Positions 17,880 to 20,130 of a DNA stretch of 20,130 nucleotides are shown here, one piece after another. Origin of the DNA: Anthoceros angustus (lineage: Eukaryota; Plantae; Anthocerotophyta); the NCBI GenBank assembly GCA_010909165.1, contig VJWM01000397.1, forward strand, positions 1 through 20,130, written 5' to 3'. How positions within the stretch are numbered: position 1 is the first letter of the stretch; each line of letters starts with the position of its first letter. The notes under the pieces were generated by a model that was not told the origin of the DNA, did not search any database, and worked only from the letters and a program-made list of their open reading frames with translations. The translations under genes were made by a program, and so were the position numbers.

Positions 17880-19419
17880 CTACATGTAATGCTGCCACAA
17901 ATCTTGCACCGATTCTGCTGCTTTCTGCCAACTGCCGAATTGCAACAAAGGATGGAGGCAGAGATAGCTCTTTCTCACAAAATCTTTGTAGGGCAAGGAG
18001 GGGAGCCACCTCCAAGCTCCAGGCGTGTGTCGCAAATCGAGAGCCGCGATCTTGTCTAGCTTCTCATGCATGACGTATACTTCGTCCTGCCCGGCCATGC
18101 CTTGCAGGTTGTACCCCATCATGCCTTGCAGGATGTAGTGCCGACAGCGAAAGCGAGTGAACATGGGCGTGGGCATGGAATCCACCTCCGTCCAAGCCAT
18201 GCGCGCCAAGTCCAGTTCCCATATCTGGAGACACTGCCTGCGACCAAAAGACCGTGTTGGTGCACAACGACGACGGCGCAAAGCAGCCGGTCCCGCACGT
18301 TCATGGGGTTGGGTAGTGGACTTCCTCGAGCGTCTCACAACAGGCTTGGCCACGACCAACAAGCTCCAGCTGGCCCGGTCCAGATCGTATGCCAGCAAAT
18401 TGCCATTCCCAGTAAAGCAGAAGAGCACGTTGCCTATAAACACTCTTCCCAGCCACGAATTGGGGATGCCTGCTAAAAGGATGGACTCGCGACGGTTTGT
18501 CACACTCCAACTCCCAAGCGCGGAGTCGAACACAACTGTCCGGACGGGACTTCGTTGCCGATCGTTGAACACCACCAGCTTGAAGCATTTGGTCACGGCA
18601 GTGTCCACAAATAGGCCCCGCACATCCCCGATCCCTAGCTTATCATCCGGGAACTCCGGCAGCGAGGCCCAGGAGCGCAAAATCGGGCTGCCGATGTGCG
18701 GGAAGACCATCGGCTCCTCCCATCCACTGCACTTGCACCTTAGCCAGCAGCACGCCGCCGCCCGCCAACGCCAGAAAGCGCTCCACAGTCACAGTCCCTC
18801 TGCTCCACCTCTCCGCTCCGAGAGCGGGACTCAGTGCGGGAACGCGTCCAGTGAGGCCTGGTCCGGTAGGGTTTGCAGCCATGGCGGGAGTTGGAGCTTG
18901 TACCAGCGGTCCTTGGCTTGGTCGTAGGCGCAGCAGGCCAGGGCCTCGTCAGATTTGCAAACACCTGCCACAAACAGCATCGAATCCCGCGCTCCTGCTC
19001 CCGATTCCAGCCGCTCCTGCCACAAGCCCGAGACTCCAAGGCCGCATTCCACGCTCCGCACACCGCGCGCGACCGCACCAAACTTACCAGCGGCAGCTGA
19101 GCTTGGATCTTGGCTATCACTTCATTCTCAGCCCGCTAAAGGAACCTCCTCCTCCTCAATCACAAGGAGATTGTGGCGATCCGGCAGCCTGCTCCAGGGA
19201 ACCTCCTCCTCCTCAAAACACAATGGAGGAACGATTGAGGAATCCTCTGGGACCATTCGCGAGCTTCGGATACGCCACAGAATTTTGATCCTGAAAAGCC
19301 ATCACCCTCCTCAAAACACAATGGAGGATCGATTGACGGAATCCTCTGGGACCATTCCCTCTGGGACCATTCGCGAGCTTCGGATACGCCACAGAAATAG
19401 GACCCTGAAAAGCCATCAC
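17880..19419 (-). CDS. F-box protein C, more divergent paralogue with repeat-expanded 5' end; frameshifted in this sequence
   Basis: The F-box region (IAKIQAQLPLVSLVRSRAVCGAWNAALES) is at ~19020-19120. ORFs 18831-19061 and 17880-18710 follow, ending SVQDLWQHYM-TAG. The start is uncertain: the candidate MMAFQ is at 19419, and the duplicated EEEEVP motifs are at ~19140-19215. Confidence 0.75.
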
Positions 19420-19420
19420 A
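19195..19420 (-). repeat. Two ~110-bp direct repeats (plus a duplicated EEEEVP segment) at the 5' end of F-box C
   Basis: cctcctcaaaacacaatggagga...ggaatcctctgggaccattcgcgagcttcggatacgccacagaa...cctgaaaagccatcac occurs at ~19207-19304 and ~19307-19419. Confidence 0.88.
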
Positions 19421-19436
19421 AGGCCCGCCTTCCTAG

Positions 19437-19870
19437 TGTCATAAAGCCAATCACAAAGACCTCATTCTGGAGAAGACAACTAGTAAGAGAGCCGAGCCTC
19501 TATAGAGAGGGAACACAACCTTCCCATACAATATGGGTTATATGCACTAGGCTGACTCACAAGCGCACACAAGAACACTTGCACACACCACACCTTACAA
19601 AGTAGGTGGGCTTGGCCTTATATAGTCCTAGCCTTGAATCCTACTGGTCACTTGACCTTGAATCCTATTGTTACTTGACCTTGAGTCCTATTGGTCACTT
19701 GACCTTGAATCCTACTGGTCACTTGACTTGCCCTTTACTTTTGGACTTTCTAGAAGATACTTTCTAGAAGATGCATGACTTTCAAGTTATTTTAGGGCAC
19801 TCTTCATAACCTGCTTTTAGGGCACTCTTCATAACATATTTTGATATGTTGTAATAAATCACTTCTAACA
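19437..19870 (-). mobile_element. Ty1/copia 3' LTR (left boundary 19437 or ~19465), with internal 21-24 bp repeats and TATATAA
   Basis: On the minus strand it starts TGTTAG (19870) directly after the PPT. It aligns with the solo LTR 14535-14900. TATATAA is at 19618-19624 (-), and four ccttga(a/g)tccta...acttga units lie at ~19632-19728. Confidence 0.88.
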
Positions 19871-20035
19871 CTCCCACTCAACATATCAAAATTATTCCCT
19901 TAGGCCTAGCATCTTGCTAAACCTAGCATGTTTTTCTAAAGTCAAGGCTTTGGTCAAAATATCTGCCGGCATGTCTCTTGGACAATACTCTAGCTTTACC
20001 TCTTTTGACTTTACCTTCTCTCTTATAAAGTGATG
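19871..20035 (-). mobile_element. Ty1/copia polypurine tract and RNase H C-terminal fragment (truncated element)
   Basis: The minus strand reads HHFIREKVKSKEVKLEYCPRDMPADILTKALTLEKHARFSKMLGLRE-stop (20035-19892), typical of the copia RNase H end (cf. ADxLTKAL). The PPT GAGTGGGAG is at 19871-19879. Homology stops at ~20036. Confidence 0.9.
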
Positions 20036-20130
20036 GGCGACGGTGAACAGGTCGTACCCGCCCACCCGCTGCCGTTCGTGCTGAACCGCTGGGCGGTGTT
20101 AGGGCACGTCTCGGACCAGGTGCCGTTGAC

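Overview
This is a land-plant nuclear window, most likely a hornwort, otherwise a fern or non-Selaginella lycophyte. That assignment is inferred from a PLS-class PPR gene ending in a DYW:KP domain with a C-terminal GRP, the class linked to reverse U-to-C organellar RNA editing. From left to right it contains: the PPR-DYW:KP gene (~1.07-3.49 kb); a minisatellite; a tRNA-Leu(CAA) followed by an unexplained hairpin-rich 64-bp repeat array; and a tandem segmental duplication (~5834-10652 and ~10651-16877). Each duplicated unit carries a + strand gene for a 20-cysteine secreted preproprotein of no family I recognise, a decayed receptor-like-kinase relic (-) and an F-box gene (-). A third RLK-relic/F-box unit follows (~17.4-19.4 kb). 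Mobile DNA comprises a CACTA-like terminus with subterminal repeats, a copia solo LTR with a 5-bp TSD, and a truncated copia 3' end whose LTR points into the third F-box gene. The F-box paralogues differ in their N-termini and in the copy number of a Met/His/Gln-rich 8-aa repeat. Nearly all genes are broken by small deletions, mostly in homopolymers and at different places in different paralogues. This suggests long-read consensus error as much as pseudogenisation, so the protein reconstructions are manual and provisional.
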